64,000 nt of DNA from contig DATMWH010000023.1 of assembly GCA_035562615.1 (NCBI GenBank), positions 23,822 through 87,821 of the forward strand, given 5' to 3'. This document shows, piece by piece, positions 17,024 through 28,576 of this stretch. Under the pieces are notes generated by a model. It did not search any database. It saw nothing but the letters and a program-made list of their open reading frames with translations, and was not told where the DNA came from. The translations under genes were made by a program, and so were the position numbers. Position 1 is the stretch's first letter. The number at the start of each line of letters is the position of its first letter. This DNA comes from Pseudomonas sp. GTDB taxonomy: Bacteria > Pseudomonadota > Gammaproteobacteria > Pseudomonadales > Pseudomonadaceae.

Positions 17024-17964
17024 CGCAGCTTCTCCGCAACGCGCATCACAGCGCTGCGCGAACGCGGGTTGGCGCGTGTTTCAGCGTCACTGGCAAATTG
17101 CGGCTTGCCGAGCAGCTTCACACGCGGTTCGAAAGCCTTGGGAATAATCGGCAGATTGCGCGGTAATTGGTCGGCCTCGCCCTTTGCCTGAACCCGCAGG
17201 AACTGCTTGACCATGCGGTCTTCCAGCGAATGGAAGCTGATAACTACCAGACGACCACCCACGGCCAGCATATCCAAAGCAGATTGCAGGCCGCGCTGCA
17301 GATCTTCCAGCTCGCTGTTGACATGAATGCGCAAACCTTGAAAAGCGCGGGTCGCCGGGTTCTTGCCCTTCTCCCAGGCCGGATTGGCGACGGTCAGCAC
17401 CTTGGCCAGGTCAGCCGTGCGCTCAAATGGCTGCTCAGCCCGACGCAATACCACCGCGCGCGCCATGCGCCTGGCAAAGCGCTCTTCACCGTACTCCTTG
17501 AATACCCGGGCAATCTCTTCTTCGGCAGCACTGTTGATCCACTGGGCGGCACTGACGCCTCGCGAAGGGTCCATGCGCATATCCAGCGGACCGTCATTCA
17601 TGAAGCTGAAGCCACGCTCAGGGTCATCCAGCTGCGGAGAGGACACCCCCAGATCCAGCAAGATGCCATCAACCTTGCCATCCAGCCCAAGCGTGGCAAG
17701 CTCTTGCGCCATGTCGGCAAAACTGCGCTGTACAACGACAAAGCGGCCATCCCCGGCCGCCAGCGCTTGTCCCGCCGCAATGGCCAGCGGGTCTTTGTCG
17801 AACCCGAGGAGTCGGCCATTCGCACCCAACCGCTGAAGGATCAAGCGACTGTGCCCGCCGCGCCCGAATGTGCCATCCAGATAGCAGCCAGACGACTGCA
17901 CAGCCAAGGCATTGACAGCCTCGTCGAGCAGCACGGTCACATGGCTATAGCTACTGGTCTTCAT
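17020..17964 (-). CDS. rsmH: 16S rRNA m4C1402 methyltransferase RsmH (alternative GTG start at 17967)
   Basis: [35 protein letters not shown]. Confidence 0.97.
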
Positions 17965-18419
17965 CACAGGATCAGATCGCGAAGTTCTTCCGGCAGGCTG
18001 CCGGATTGCTTGATGGCTGCAAGGTCCGCATCTGCAACAGCGCTCCAGGCAGCCTCGTCCCACAGTTGAAACTTGTTCAGCTGACCAACCAGCATGGCGT
18101 GCTTGTCCAGGCGCGCGTACTCGCGCAAACGCGGCGGCACCAGGAAGCGACCATTGGCATCCAGCTCGATATCCACCGCATTGCCAATCAACAGGCGCTG
18201 CAGCCGACGGCTTTCTTCTCGCAGCGAAGGCAGCTCGCGCAACTTGGCCTCGATCAGCTCCCACTCGGCCAGCGGATACACGCACAAACAAGGATCAATT
18301 GCATCAATCGTCACGATGAGCTGCCCAGCACAGCGCGCAACGAGCTCATCGCGATACCGACTTGGCATGGCGAGTCGCCCTTTGGCGTCAAGACTGATGG
18401 CGTTAGCTCCACGAAACAC
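17964..18419 (-). CDS. mraZ: dcw transcriptional repressor MraZ
   Basis: FRG...LDAKGR and LDANGR repeats (two DxxGR motifs); first gene of dcw. Confidence 0.97.
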   Translation of the reverse strand: MFRGANAISLDAKGRLAMPSRYRDELVARCAGQLIVTIDAIDPCLCVYPLAEWELIEAKLRELPSLREESRRLQRLLIGNAVDIELDANGRFLVPPRLREYARLDKHAMLVGQLNKFQLWDEAAWSAVADADLAAIKQSGSLPEELRDLIL

Positions 18420-18460
18420 TGCTGCATTTCCCCTTATTTACTGGCTTTCTCAGCCATAAA

Positions 18461-18500
18461 AAACCACTTCAACCCACTTCACACCACTTCCGCACACTAT
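18461..18500 (-). promoter_or_regulatory. MraZ-binding direct repeats (GTGG at 10-bp period)
   Basis: aaaCCACTTC aacCCACTTC acaCCACTTC cgcACACTAT, directly downstream of and overlapping the -10. Confidence 0.8.
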
Positions 18501-18525
18501 AGGAACGCAAAGGCTCCACCGTCAA
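18496..18525 (-). promoter_or_regulatory. Sigma70 promoter of the dcw operon (Pmra)
   Basis: TTGACG-N18-TATAGT on the minus strand. Confidence 0.65.
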
Positions 18526-18730
18526 GGCGTTGAAATAGGGAAAAACCCTTACAGAACGGTGATTTAGCGACGAAACAGGAGGGTTTGAAGCGCTTTCAAG
18601 GGATCATATTTTGATCAAATGCAAGCAAGCACAGCGTCATGAATCACGAACTTAAAGTGATTTATGAAGAGTAAGAATTTTTTGGTATTACTTGAGGGGA
18701 ATTTCGAGCGAACTGGAAGGAGAAAAAAGA

Positions 18731-19089
18731 GGAGAGTCGATCTGTAAGCCGGGTTCTGTCGAGGACAGTCATTCCTCTACGGCGTACATCACTGCACGCC
18801 TTTAGCAACCTACCCGGTTCCAGCGCGGGCCACGCCAATGGAACCCTATTTGGTCTTGCTCCGAGTGGGGTTTGCCTAGCCACGAACTGTTACCAGTCGT
18901 GCGGTGCGCTCTTACCGCACCTTTTCACCCTTACCGGCGCCGAAACGCTTAGGCGGTTATTTTCTGTGGCACTTTCCGTAGGCTCGCGCCTCCCAGGCGT
19001 TACCTGGCACTCCGCCCTGTGGAGCCCGGACTTTCCTCCCCTTCTCACTGCAAAGCAGTAAAAAGCAGCGACTGTCCGATCGACTCTCC
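18731..19089 (-). ncRNA. rnpB: RNase P RNA, bacterial class A
   Basis: Minus strand has GAGGAAAGTCCGGGCTCC, GGTAAGAGCGCACCG and ACAGAACCCGGCTTA; ends GGAGAGTCGATC/GATCGACTCTCC pair as P1. Confidence 0.98.
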
Positions 19090-19096
19090 GACGGGC

Positions 19097-19125
19097 AGAG
19101 TAACCACTGTAGGGCCTCAGGACAA
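19097..19125 (-). promoter_or_regulatory. Putative sigma70 promoter of rnpB
   Basis: TTGTCC-N17-TACTCT ending 7 nt before the predicted 5' end, GC-rich discriminator. Confidence 0.55.
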
Positions 19126-19127
19126 GG

Positions 19128-20000
19128 TCAGGCGTCGCCCTGCCGCTCCAGAGCGGCCTGATAGAGCAGGTTCTTGCGCACGCCGGTAATCCCTGCAGCC
19201 AGCGCTGCCGCACGTTTGAGCGGCAACTCCGCCAGCAACAGATCGAGTACTCGCAATGTCTCTGTGCTCAACTGAGCATCGCCTTGCGGCGCTTCCCAGC
19301 CAGCTACCAGCAGCACACATTCGCCCCTCTGCTGATTGCTGTCAGCCGCCACCCAGTCGCGCAACTCACCCAGCGGCAAGCCTTTGAGCGTCTCAAAGGT
19401 CTTGGTCAGCTCGCGCCCCAGCACAGCCGGGCGCTGCGCCCCGAAAATCGCCTGCAAATCCTCCAGGCACTCCAGAATGCGGTGCGGCGCCTCGTAAAAG
19501 ATCAGTGTTCGCGGCTCTTCCCGCAACAACTCCAGTCGCGCACGCCGCGCCGCCATCTTGGCTGGCAGGAATCCCTCAAAAATAAACCGGTCCGAAGGCA
19601 GTCCCGCCGCTGACAGCGCCGCAATCAAGGCGCACGCCCCCGGCACCGGAATTACCCGCACGCCGGCAGCCCTCGCCTGGCGCACCAGATGGTAGCCAGG
19701 GTCAGAGATAAGCGGCGTACCGGCATCGGAAATCAGCGCCACATCCTCACCCGCCTGCAATCGCCCGATAAAACGCCCCCCCTGCTCGCGCTCGTTATGC
19801 TCATGACAGGCCTGCAGCGGCGTCGAAATACCAAAATGTTGCAGCAGGCGTGCCGAATGCCGAGTGTCTTCAGCTGCAATCAATGCCACCTCACGCAACA
19901 CGCGCAGTGCCCGGGCACTGATATCGTCCAGATTGCCTATTGGGGTAGCGACCACATACAGGACGCCCATTGCCACGCCGGATAACTCAGGCTCTTTCAC
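19128..20000 (-). CDS. rsmI: 16S rRNA Cm1402 methyltransferase RsmI
   Basis: LYVVATPIGNL, AEDTR, SDAGTPLISDPG, RELTK; GTG start behind a GAGGT RBS (alternative ATG at 19970). Confidence 0.96.
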   Translation of the reverse strand: MKEPELSGVAMGVLYVVATPIGNLDDISARALRVLREVALIAAEDTRHSARLLQHFGISTPLQACHEHNEREQGGRFIGRLQAGEDVALISDAGTPLISDPGYHLVRQARAAGVRVIPVPGACALIAALSAAGLPSDRFIFEGFLPAKMAARRARLELLREEPRTLIFYEAPHRILECLEDLQAIFGAQRPAVLGRELTKTFETLKGLPLGELRDWVAADSNQQRGECVLLVAGWEAPQGDAQLSTETLRVLDLLLAELPLKRAAALAAGITGVRKNLLYQAALERQGDA

Positions 20001-20121
20001 CAGCCACCTCGATATAAAGAAAAACGTCGTCATTGTAGCCGGAACCATCACGGCAAGATCGCACCTGACGCGGCGCTTGGGTACAATCGCCGACTCTTCA
20101 AACGAGCATCGGAAAAACCAC

Positions 20122-21918
20122 ATGATCGCCAGTCTGCGCCCACTCTCTGCTTTCTTCCTGGCCTGCCTGTTGTCGGCCTGCGCCAGCAAGCAGGACACCG
20201 CCATCGGCGAGCTGCCGCGCATGCCGAACGCCAGTATCGAGCAGATTCTTCAGGACGCCAGCGAGAGCGACCCGCAGGAAGCCAACGAACTGCGCCTGGC
20301 TGCGGCCGATATGGCGTATCAGCAAAAAGATTACCTGCGCGCCTCCAGCATCCTGCAGCAGGTAACCGTGCAGAATCTGCTACCCGCCCAGCAGGTTTTT
20401 GAGCAAACCCTGCAAGCAGAACTGGCGCTGCAGCGCAACAAACCCAAAAGCGCACTCAACAACCTGAGTCATCCCAGCTTCCAGTACCTCGCCCAGCTGC
20501 CTGTAGAACAGCAAATCCGCAGTTCACTGGTGCGCGCCAATGCCTTGCAGGCCAACAATCAGAATCTGAGCGCTGCGCGCGAGCGTGTTTTTATTGCGCC
20601 CCTGTTGAGCGGCACGGCAGCCAGCAAGAATCATGAGCAAATCTGGGAGCTGGTTGCAGCACTGCCTGATGATCAACTGCAAGCCAGCAACGATGCCGAT
20701 CTGACTGGCTGGCTGGAACTGGTGCGCATCTCTCGTAGCGCCGACAGCCTTGAACAGCAACAAGCCGCGATCGACGCCTGGCGCAACAAGAATCCGCAAC
20801 ACCCGGCAGCCAAACAACTGCCCAAGCCACTGACTGAAATCAAAGCCATCACTGCCCAGGTTCTGAACAAGGTCGCTCTGTTGCTTCCGCAATCAGGCCA
20901 GCTGGCCTCGGTCGCTGAAGCCCTGCGCAACGGATTCATGTCCGCCTATTACCAAACACAGGCCAGCGGTGTTGCCACACCGGAAATCATTTTTTATGAC
21001 AGCAGCAACCTGAACTCAATGGATGAGTTCTATCGTCAAGCCACACAGGACGGCGTCGAGCTGGTAGTCGGCCCACTGGAAAAGCCGCTGGTAAAACAAC
21101 TCCAGGCCAAACCCCAGCTGCCCATTACAACGCTGGCCCTCAACTACAGCGACTCCACAGAGCCAGGACCAGCTCAGCTTTTCCAGTTTGGATTGTCCGC
21201 CGAAGATGAAGCACGCGAAGTAGCACGCCGCGCCTGGGATGACGGAATGCGTCGGGCTGTGGCACTGGTACCACGGGGAGAATGGGGTGACCGTACACTG
21301 GCGGCATTCCAGCAAAGCTGGCTGGCTCAAGGCGGCACGCTGATAGCCGCCGAGCACGTTGAGCATCCGGTTGAGCTGGCTCAGCAGATTGCCAGCCTGT
21401 TTCAGCTTCGCGACAGCGAGGCGCGCGCCAAACGGTTGAAATCACTGCTGGGAGTTGAAGTGGCAACGCAACCAGCCAGACGCCAGGATATCGACTTCAT
21501 TTTCCTCGCTGCCACGCCACAGCAGGCCCAACAGATCAAGCCCACGCTGGCCTTCCAGTACGCCGGCGATGTCCCTGTCTACGCCACATCCCACCTGCTC
21601 AGCGGCAGCATCAATCAAGCCCAGCCGGCAGATCTCAACGGTATTTTCTTCTGTGAAACACCGTGGCTGATGAATCTGTCTGCACCACTGCAACAACAAG
21701 TCGTCAGCCAATGGCCACAGGCTGCAGGCAGTCTTGGCCGCCTCTATGCAATGGGAAGTGACGCCTTCATGCTGACCTCGCGCCTGACCCAACTGAAAAG
21801 CCTTCCAGACAGCAGCGTTCAGGGACTGACCGGCTTGCTGACCCTCAGCCCGACCCAACGCATAGTGCGACAGTTGCAATGGGCCGAGTTTCGCGACGGC
21901 CTTGTGCAACCCTTGTAA
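20122..21918 (+). CDS. lpoA: Penicillin-binding protein activator LpoA (LppC family lipoprotein)
   Basis: Lipobox LSAC, ALLLPQSG, VVGPL, RLYAMG; divergent from rsmI. Confidence 0.92.
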   Translation: MIASLRPLSAFFLACLLSACASKQDTAIGELPRMPNASIEQILQDASESDPQEANELRLAAADMAYQQKDYLRASSILQQVTVQNLLPAQQVFEQTLQAELALQRNKPKSALNNLSHPSFQYLAQLPVEQQIRSSLVRANALQANNQNLSAARERVFIAPLLSGTAASKNHEQIWELVAALPDDQLQASNDADLTGWLELVRISRSADSLEQQQAAIDAWRNKNPQHPAAKQLPKPLTEIKAITAQVLNKVALLLPQSGQLASVAEALRNGFMSAYYQTQASGVATPEIIFYDSSNLNSMDEFYRQATQDGVELVVGPLEKPLVKQLQAKPQLPITTLALNYSDSTEPGPAQLFQFGLSAEDEAREVARRAWDDGMRRAVALVPRGEWGDRTLAAFQQSWLAQGGTLIAAEHVEHPVELAQQIASLFQLRDSEARAKRLKSLLGVEVATQPARRQDIDFIFLAATPQQAQQIKPTLAFQYAGDVPVYATSHLLSGSINQAQPADLNGIFFCETPWLMNLSAPLQQQVVSQWPQAAGSLGRLYAMGSDAFMLTSRLTQLKSLPDSSVQGLTGLLTLSPTQRIVRQLQWAEFRDGLVQPL

Positions 21919-22286
21919 TGACCACGCGCCAGCAGAGCGGGCAAACGGCCGAAAGGCATGCCCGCGAACATCTGGAGCAGCATGGTCTGAGGCTGGTGAC
22001 GCAAAATTGGCAATGCCGGCGCGGCGAGCTGGATCTGATCATGCTGGATGGGAACTGCCTGGTTTTCATCGAAGTGCGCTATCGCCAACATAAAGCCTGG
22101 GGTGGTGCGCTGGAGAGTGTTGACGGACGCAAACGCGCCAAACTGATTCTCGCGGCGCAGCAATTTCTGCAAAGCGAGGTGCGCTGGAGCAAGTCCGCCT
22201 GCCGTTTCGATGTGATAGCAATCGAGCCCTCAGCCATGGGCCAGCCCCCGAAACTGACCTGGCTGAAGAATGCATTTGACTGTTAA
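21918..22286 (+). CDS. yraN: YraN family protein (UPF0102, nuclease-like fold)
   Basis: GELDLIM, FIEVRYR, CRFDV; TAATG coupling to lpoA. Confidence 0.93.
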   Translation: MTTRQQSGQTAERHAREHLEQHGLRLVTQNWQCRRGELDLIMLDGNCLVFIEVRYRQHKAWGGALESVDGRKRAKLILAAQQFLQSEVRWSKSACRFDVIAIEPSAMGQPPKLTWLKNAFDC

Positions 22287-22401
22287 ATCATTGCCATTGA
22301 TTTTTCCTGCTAGCCCAAGGCATACCCGGTCAGGTAAAAAGAGGGCCAGCAGATCACCGGCTGATAAGTGTCAGCTCAATCAGCGATCACAACCGTTTTA
22401 A

Positions 22402-23546
<1,145 letters not shown>

Positions 23547-23559
23547 CTGAACGCTACCG

Positions 23560-23593
23560 AGTGATAAAGAAGGCAATAGCCATCTTTATCACT
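23560..23593. terminator. Hairpin between convergent dolP and sspB
   Basis: AGTGATAAAGA-a-GGC-AATA-GCC-a-TCTTTATCACT inverted repeat overlapping the sspB stop. Confidence 0.55.
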
Positions 23594-23990
23594 TGACCAC
23601 CTTCAGACTGGGGCGACCGCCCGGCTTTGGCGGCTCAGGCACATCATCCGCCCCAGCATCATCTCGCGGCCCGATATCCGGTTGCTCAAGCTCGAAAACC
23701 ATACCCTGACCATTCTCGCGAGCATAAATGGCCAATATCGCCGCCACTGGGAGATAAAGTCTCTGTGGCACACCACCAAATCGCCCTTCGAAACTAACCG
23801 CCTGATTATCCATATCAAGATGACGCACCGCAGTGGGCGACACATTGAGGACAATCTGCCCTTCACTGGCATAACCAGAAGGCACCTGCACCCCTTTGAA
23901 GTCTGAATTGACCAACAAGTGCGGTGTGCAATTATTCTCGACTATCCACTCGTAGAGTGCCCGAATCAGATAGGGACGACTTGAATTCAT
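23589..23990 (-). CDS. sspB: ClpXP adaptor SspB
   Basis: SSRPYLIRALYEWI, RFGG, IYARENGQG, C-terminal RPSLKVVK ClpX-binding tail. Confidence 0.96.
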   Translation of the reverse strand: MNSSRPYLIRALYEWIVENNCTPHLLVNSDFKGVQVPSGYASEGQIVLNVSPTAVRHLDMDNQAVSFEGRFGGVPQRLYLPVAAILAIYARENGQGMVFELEQPDIGPRDDAGADDVPEPPKPGGRPSLKVVK

Positions 23991-24000
23991 CTCGGCCACC

Positions 24001-24618
24001 TTAGCGCAAAGTCCGCTCAACTGCAGATAGACTGGCCTGAAACCCCGGCCGAGCAAAATTTCGCTCCATGTAATCATGCAAGGGTTTTGCCTGGCGCGGC
24101 AATTCAATGCCCAGCTGCGGCAAACGCCACATGATCGGCAGCAAACAGCAATCCACCAGACTGAACTCTTCACTGAGAAAAAACGGCTTGTCGGCAAAAA
24201 CCGGGGAAACGCCTATCAGGCTCTCACGCAATTCTTTGCGCGCCTGCACCCGCGCCGGCTCTTTGGTCTTGGTATTGAGAATCAGGTCAACCGCTGAACA
24301 CCAATCGCGCTGAATGCGGTGGATCAGCAACCGACTATTGGCACGCGCCACAGGATAAACCGGGAGCAATGGCGGATGGGGATAGCGCTCATCCAGATAC
24401 TCCATGACCACGGTTGAATCATAGAGCGCCAAATCACGGTCAGCCAGAGTTGGCAAACTTCCATAGGGATTGATTTCAGCCAACTGCGCAGGACACTGTC
24501 CCGCAACAACCTCGACCGCGACGCAAGTTACCCCCTTTTCAGCCAAAGCCAGGCGGACTCGATGACTGTAGTGATCAGCCGGATCGGAAAAACAGGTTAA
24601 CTTGTTGATGGAGCTCAA
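24001..24618 (-). CDS. sspA: Stringent starvation protein A (GST-like), TTG start
   Basis: [28 protein letters not shown]; AGGAGG upstream of the TTG gives 205 aa. Confidence 0.94.
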   Translation of the reverse strand: MSSINKLTCFSDPADHYSHRVRLALAEKGVTCVAVEVVAGQCPAQLAEINPYGSLPTLADRDLALYDSTVVMEYLDERYPHPPLLPVYPVARANSRLLIHRIQRDWCSAVDLILNTKTKEPARVQARKELRESLIGVSPVFADKPFFLSEEFSLVDCCLLPIMWRLPQLGIELPRQAKPLHDYMERNFARPGFQASLSAVERTLR

Positions 24619-24662
24619 GAGAGCCCTCCTCGAATGTTCCGCTTTGGGGAGGCAGAAAGACG

Positions 24663-24684
24663 AGCGCGCCCCGTGGGGCGCGCT
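24663..24684 (-). terminator. GC-rich hairpin after petC (terminator or stabiliser)
   Basis: AGCGCGCCCC-GT-GGGGCGCGCT followed by CGTCTTTCT on the minus strand. Confidence 0.55.
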
Positions 24685-24705
24685 ATTCATACGGCCATTG
24701 AGTGC

Positions 24706-25488
24706 TTAATGCACGTCTTTCCAGTATTCACGCTTGAGCAGATAGGCGAATACAAAGAAGAAGGCCAGATAGAGCAATACATAGATCCCGATACGTTGGC
24801 TTTCGAGTTTGATCGGATTTGCCGAATAGGCCAAGAAGCTGACCAGATTCTTGATCGTCTCATCAAACTCCGCCTGGCTCTGGGTTCCGGTATTAGGCAC
24901 GATGGTCAATTGATCACAAGCTTCATGAGTGATCGGCGCGCCGGTCAGCGGGTCGTACTGTTTTTTGCCATCAGCAATCACAGGCACCTGCTTGCAACCC
25001 AATACCTGACGCCCCTGCAAGCCCACCAGCACATTAGGCATACCTACGCTGGGGAATACCTTGTTGTTAACGCCCCAGGGACGCGCCGGGTCTTCGTAAA
25101 AAGTACGCAGATAGGTATACAACCAATCGTTACCACGAACCCGGGCAACCAGTGTCAGGTCGGGCGGCACAGCGCCAAACCAGACTTTGGCATCCGCAGG
25201 GCGCATACCGATCTTCATGTGATCACCGATCTTGGCATCGGTAAACACCAGGTTTTCCAGCATAAGCCCTGGCGCGACACCCAGATCCGCCGCTACGCGC
25301 TCATAACGCTGGAACTTGGCACTGTGGCAGCCCATGCAATAGTTGACAAAGGTGCGTGCGCCATCCTGCAGAGCCGCCTTATCAGCCAGGTCGATATCGA
25401 CATGATCATTCGGATATTCAAGGGCGGACTGAGCCAAAGCAAAGGCAGGCAGTACCGCGAGAATAAGTGCGAGAAATTGCTTTTTCAT
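24706..25488 (-). CDS. petC: Cytochrome c1
   Basis: Signal peptide, CMGCH heme motif, PPDL, C-terminal TM ending YWKDVH. Confidence 0.97.
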   Translation of the reverse strand: MKKQFLALILAVLPAFALAQSALEYPNDHVDIDLADKAALQDGARTFVNYCMGCHSAKFQRYERVAADLGVAPGLMLENLVFTDAKIGDHMKIGMRPADAKVWFGAVPPDLTLVARVRGNDWLYTYLRTFYEDPARPWGVNNKVFPSVGMPNVLVGLQGRQVLGCKQVPVIADGKKQYDPLTGAPITHEACDQLTIVPNTGTQSQAEFDETIKNLVSFLAYSANPIKLESQRIGIYVLLYLAFFFVFAYLLKREYWKDVH

Positions 25489-26699
25489 CAGCCAGTCACC
25501 CTTTCCGGAACCGGTTTAGTCTTCTCCATCTTGGTGTAGAACGGCATCAGGATGAAGTAGGCGAAATACAACACAGTACAGATCTGCGACAGCAGAGTGC
25601 GACCCGGCGTCGGCGCAAGTACACCCAGTACGCCGAGAATCACGAAGGACACGCAGAATACCAGCAGCCAGACCTTGCTCATCCAGCCCTTGTAGCGCAT
25701 GGATTTAACTGGACTGCGATCCAGCCAAGGCAAAACGAACAGGATGGCAATCGCCGCACCCATGGCAATCACACCCATCAGCTTATCTGGCACCGCACGC
25801 AAAATTGCGTAGAAGGGAGTGAAATACCAGACAGGCGCAATGTGAGCTGGCGTCTTCAGCGGGTTGGCCTCTTCAAAGTTGGGCTTCTCGAGGAAGTAAC
25901 CGCCCATTTCAGGGAAGAAGAACACCACGAAGCAGAACACGAAGAGGAACACCACAACGCCGACAATATCCTTCACCGTGTAATAAGGGTGGAAGGCAAT
26001 GCCGTCGAGAGGCACACCATTGGCATCCTTGTTCTTCTTGATATCGACACCATCGGGGTTGTTCGAGCCAACTTCGTGCAAAGCCAGGATGTGCAGCACT
26101 ACCAGACCCAGAATCACGATCGGCAGGGCTACCACATGCAAGGCAAAGAAGCGGTTCAGGGTAATTCCGGAGATCAGATAATCACCCCGAATCCACAGGG
26201 TCAGATCATCACCGATGACCGGAATGGCACCGAACAGGGAGATGATTACCTGTGCTCCCCAATAGGACATCTGCCCCCAAGGCAGCAGATAGCCCATGAA
26301 AGCTTCGGCCATCAGCGCCACATAAATCGTCATGCCGAAAATCCACACCAACTCGCGGGGCTTCTGATAGGAGCCGTAGAGCAAGCCGCGGAACATGTGC
26401 AGATACACCACAACAAAAAAAGCCGAAGCACCAGTGGAGTGCAGATAACGCAGAATCCAGCCGAACTCGACATCACGCATGATGTATTCAACCGAAGCAA
26501 AAGCCCCTTCGGCAGTTGGGTTGTAACTCATAGTCAGCCAAATACCGGTCAGTATTTGATTGACCAGCACCAGCAGAGCCAGCGAACCAAAGAAGTAGAA
26601 GAAGTTGAAATTCTTCGGTGCATAGTACTTGGACAGATGGTCTTCCCACATCTTGGTGGCAGGGAAGCGGGCATCAACCCATTCCATGAATTTGCTCAT
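25488..26699 (-). CDS. petB: Cytochrome b of the bc1 complex
   Basis: LPWGQMSYWGAQVI, PVWYF (PEWY equivalent), heme-ligand His residues. Confidence 0.98.
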   Translation of the reverse strand: MSKFMEWVDARFPATKMWEDHLSKYYAPKNFNFFYFFGSLALLVLVNQILTGIWLTMSYNPTAEGAFASVEYIMRDVEFGWILRYLHSTGASAFFVVVYLHMFRGLLYGSYQKPRELVWIFGMTIYVALMAEAFMGYLLPWGQMSYWGAQVIISLFGAIPVIGDDLTLWIRGDYLISGITLNRFFALHVVALPIVILGLVVLHILALHEVGSNNPDGVDIKKNKDANGVPLDGIAFHPYYTVKDIVGVVVFLFVFCFVVFFFPEMGGYFLEKPNFEEANPLKTPAHIAPVWYFTPFYAILRAVPDKLMGVIAMGAAIAILFVLPWLDRSPVKSMRYKGWMSKVWLLVFCVSFVILGVLGVLAPTPGRTLLSQICTVLYFAYFILMPFYTKMEKTKPVPERVTG

Positions 26700-27292
26700 C
26701 AGGCTTTCTCCTGAGCCACGCCGATGACAATAACGTCATTCGACTCAAACGAGTAATCAGGCACCGGCAGATTCAACGGCGCAGGCTGGCTCTTGAAAAC
26801 GCGACCGGACAGGTCATAGCGAGAACCATGGCATGGACAGAAATAACCGCCAATCCATTCAGGACCGAGATCCGCCGGAGCCACTTCGGGCCGGAAACTT
26901 GGCGAGCAACCCAAATGGGTGCAAAGACCAACCAACACCAGCAACTCAGGCTTGATCGAACGCTGAGTAGGATTTACGTAAGTCGGTTGAACCGAACTCT
27001 TGGACTCAGGATCCGCCAACTGGGACGCAATCTTGTCCAGACCACTCAACATTTCCTGAGTGCGGTTAAGCACAAACACCGGCTGTCCGCGCCACTCGGC
27101 AGTTACCTGCTGACCTGGCTCGATCTTGCTGACGTTAACCTTCACGGGTGCTCCGGCAGCCCTGGCCTTGGCATTCGGGAACCAGGACCCCACGAACGGA
27201 ACCGCGGCACCCACCGCTCCTGCTGCACCCACCACTGAGGTGGCCGCAACCAGGAAGCGACGCCGGCCAGCATTTACGCCGTCATTGCTCAT
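26699..27292 (-). CDS. petA: Rieske iron-sulfur subunit
   Basis: Tat motif RRRFL, CTHLGC and CPCHGS boxes. Confidence 0.98.
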   Translation of the reverse strand: MSNDGVNAGRRRFLVAATSVVGAAGAVGAAVPFVGSWFPNAKARAAGAPVKVNVSKIEPGQQVTAEWRGQPVFVLNRTQEMLSGLDKIASQLADPESKSSVQPTYVNPTQRSIKPELLVLVGLCTHLGCSPSFRPEVAPADLGPEWIGGYFCPCHGSRYDLSGRVFKSQPAPLNLPVPDYSFESNDVIVIGVAQEKA

Positions 27293-27369
27293 TCAGTTGT
27301 CTCCCATCGGCTATGTCGCCTGAAACCAGGCGCACATTAAGAAAAATCTTGTCGCTAGAAATTTTTTGA

Positions 27370-27398
27370 ATGGTAAAGAAAAGCCCCTTTGCTGACAA
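27370..27398 (-). promoter_or_regulatory. Putative sigma70 promoter of petABC
   Basis: TTGTCA-N17-TACCAT on the minus strand. Confidence 0.55.
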
Positions 27399-27486
27399 GG
27401 CAATAGCTTGAAACAAAAGCGCTAGAAACCCTGCAAACTCAGGCAGAATAGACCGCGACACGCTGTCGCAGGCAAAAATTGCAGAT

Positions 27487-27521
27487 AAAAAAAACGCCCA
27501 GATCCGCAAGGATGCTGGGCG
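27487..27521 (-). terminator. Intrinsic terminator of rplM-rpsI
   Basis: CGCCCAG-ATCC-GCAA-GGAT-g-CTGGGCG stem with a U8 tract on the minus strand. Confidence 0.85.
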
Positions 27522-27539
27522 CTTTCATGACAAGCGTTA

Positions 27540-27932
27540 TTAACGCTTGGAGTACTGAGGACGCTTGCGCGCTTTGCGCAGACCGACCTTTTTACGTTCA
27601 ACTTCACGGGCATCACGAGTGACATAGCCAGCCTTGCGCAGAGGACTGCGCAGGCTCTCGTCATACTCGATCAGAGCACGGGTAATGCCATGACGAATGG
27701 CGCCGGCCTGACCGCTGACACCGCCGCCCAGGACAGTGACATACACATCAAACTTGGACACGGTATCGGTCAGTTCGAGTGGCTGACGAACAACCATGCG
27801 CGCGGTCTCACGACCAAAGAACTGGTCCAGAGTGCGGTTGTTGATGGAGATACTGCCAGTGCCCGGACGCAGGAATACGCGAGCGGTTGCAGTCTTGCGA
27901 CGGCCAGTGCCGTAGTTTTGAGTAGCCGACAT
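27540..27932 (-). CDS. rpsI: 30S ribosomal protein S9
   Basis: [27 protein letters not shown]...QYSKR. Confidence 0.99.
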   Translation of the reverse strand: MSATQNYGTGRRKTATARVFLRPGTGSISINNRTLDQFFGRETARMVVRQPLELTDTVSKFDVYVTVLGGGVSGQAGAIRHGITRALIEYDESLRSPLRKAGYVTRDAREVERKKVGLRKARKRPQYSKR

Positions 27933-27946
27933 AATGAACTATCCCG

Positions 27947-28375
27947 TTAAATCTTGAGTTCTTGGGGCTGCTGTGCGGTGTGCGGGTGAACAGCACCCTT
28001 GTACACTTTCAGCTTGCGATACATATCGCGACCCAGCGCGTTCTTCGGCAGCATACCCTTGACCGCGGTCTCGAGCACACGCTCAGGCGCCTTGGCGATC
28101 AGCTTTTCAAAGTTGATCGACTTGATGCCGCCCGGGAAGCCCGAGTGCGAATAGTACATTTTGTCGGTGGTTTTGGCACCGGTAACACGAACCTGCTCAG
28201 CATTGATGACAACGATGTAATCACCGGTATCAACATGCGGAGTGTACTCAGCCTTGTGCTTACCACGCAGACGGCTGGCGATCTCGGTAGCCAGACGACC
28301 CAGGGTCTTGCCGGCAGCGTCGACGATATACCAGTCGCGCTTAACAGTTTCCGGTTTTGCAGTATAAGTCTTCAT
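27947..28375 (-). CDS. rplM: 50S ribosomal protein L13
   Basis: [26 protein letters not shown]; 142 aa. Confidence 0.99.
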   Translation of the reverse strand: MKTYTAKPETVKRDWYIVDAAGKTLGRLATEIASRLRGKHKAEYTPHVDTGDYIVVINAEQVRVTGAKTTDKMYYSHSGFPGGIKSINFEKLIAKAPERVLETAVKGMLPKNALGRDMYRKLKVYKGAVHPHTAQQPQELKI

Positions 28376-28416
28376 TCGTATAGCCTCAGGGGCCGCCCTG
28401 AAAAATAAGACGGCGG

Positions 28417-28445
28417 ATCTTACTGAATAGTGCTTGCTTTGACAA
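28417..28445 (-). promoter_or_regulatory. Proximal sigma70 promoter candidate for rplM
   Basis: TTGTCA-N17-TAAGAT with a GC-rich discriminator (CCGCCG). Confidence 0.55.
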
Positions 28446-28576
28446 GTCAAAGACGGCCGATTACAGACGCTATCGGGGGCTCGAGTCAGCGCATCCGCTA
28501 CGGCAGGGTTCGGCAGGCTAGGCATCCCCGCCTTCTTTCTCCACGAGCTAGGCATCCTCGCCGAGAAAGGTGCGGA

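Noticed and set aside
18461-18500. 10-bp periodic repeats as a mini-CRISPR or VNTR
   Set aside because: No spacers and no cas genes; explained by the MraZ operator.
18890-19213. 107-aa minus-strand ORF downstream of rsmI
   Set aside because: Overlaps the RNase P RNA and rsmI; spurious.
19864-20222. Apparent head-to-head overlap of the rsmI and lpoA ORFs
   Set aside because: Artefact of longest-ORF calling; the likely starts are 20000 (-) and 20122 (+).
25467-26714. 415-aa ORF antisense to petB
   Set aside because: Mirrors the petB boundaries almost exactly; codon-bias artefact.
27293-27539. Possible tRNA between rpsI and petA
   Set aside because: No T-loop GTTCRA or cloverleaf on either strand; only a terminator and a promoter are visible.
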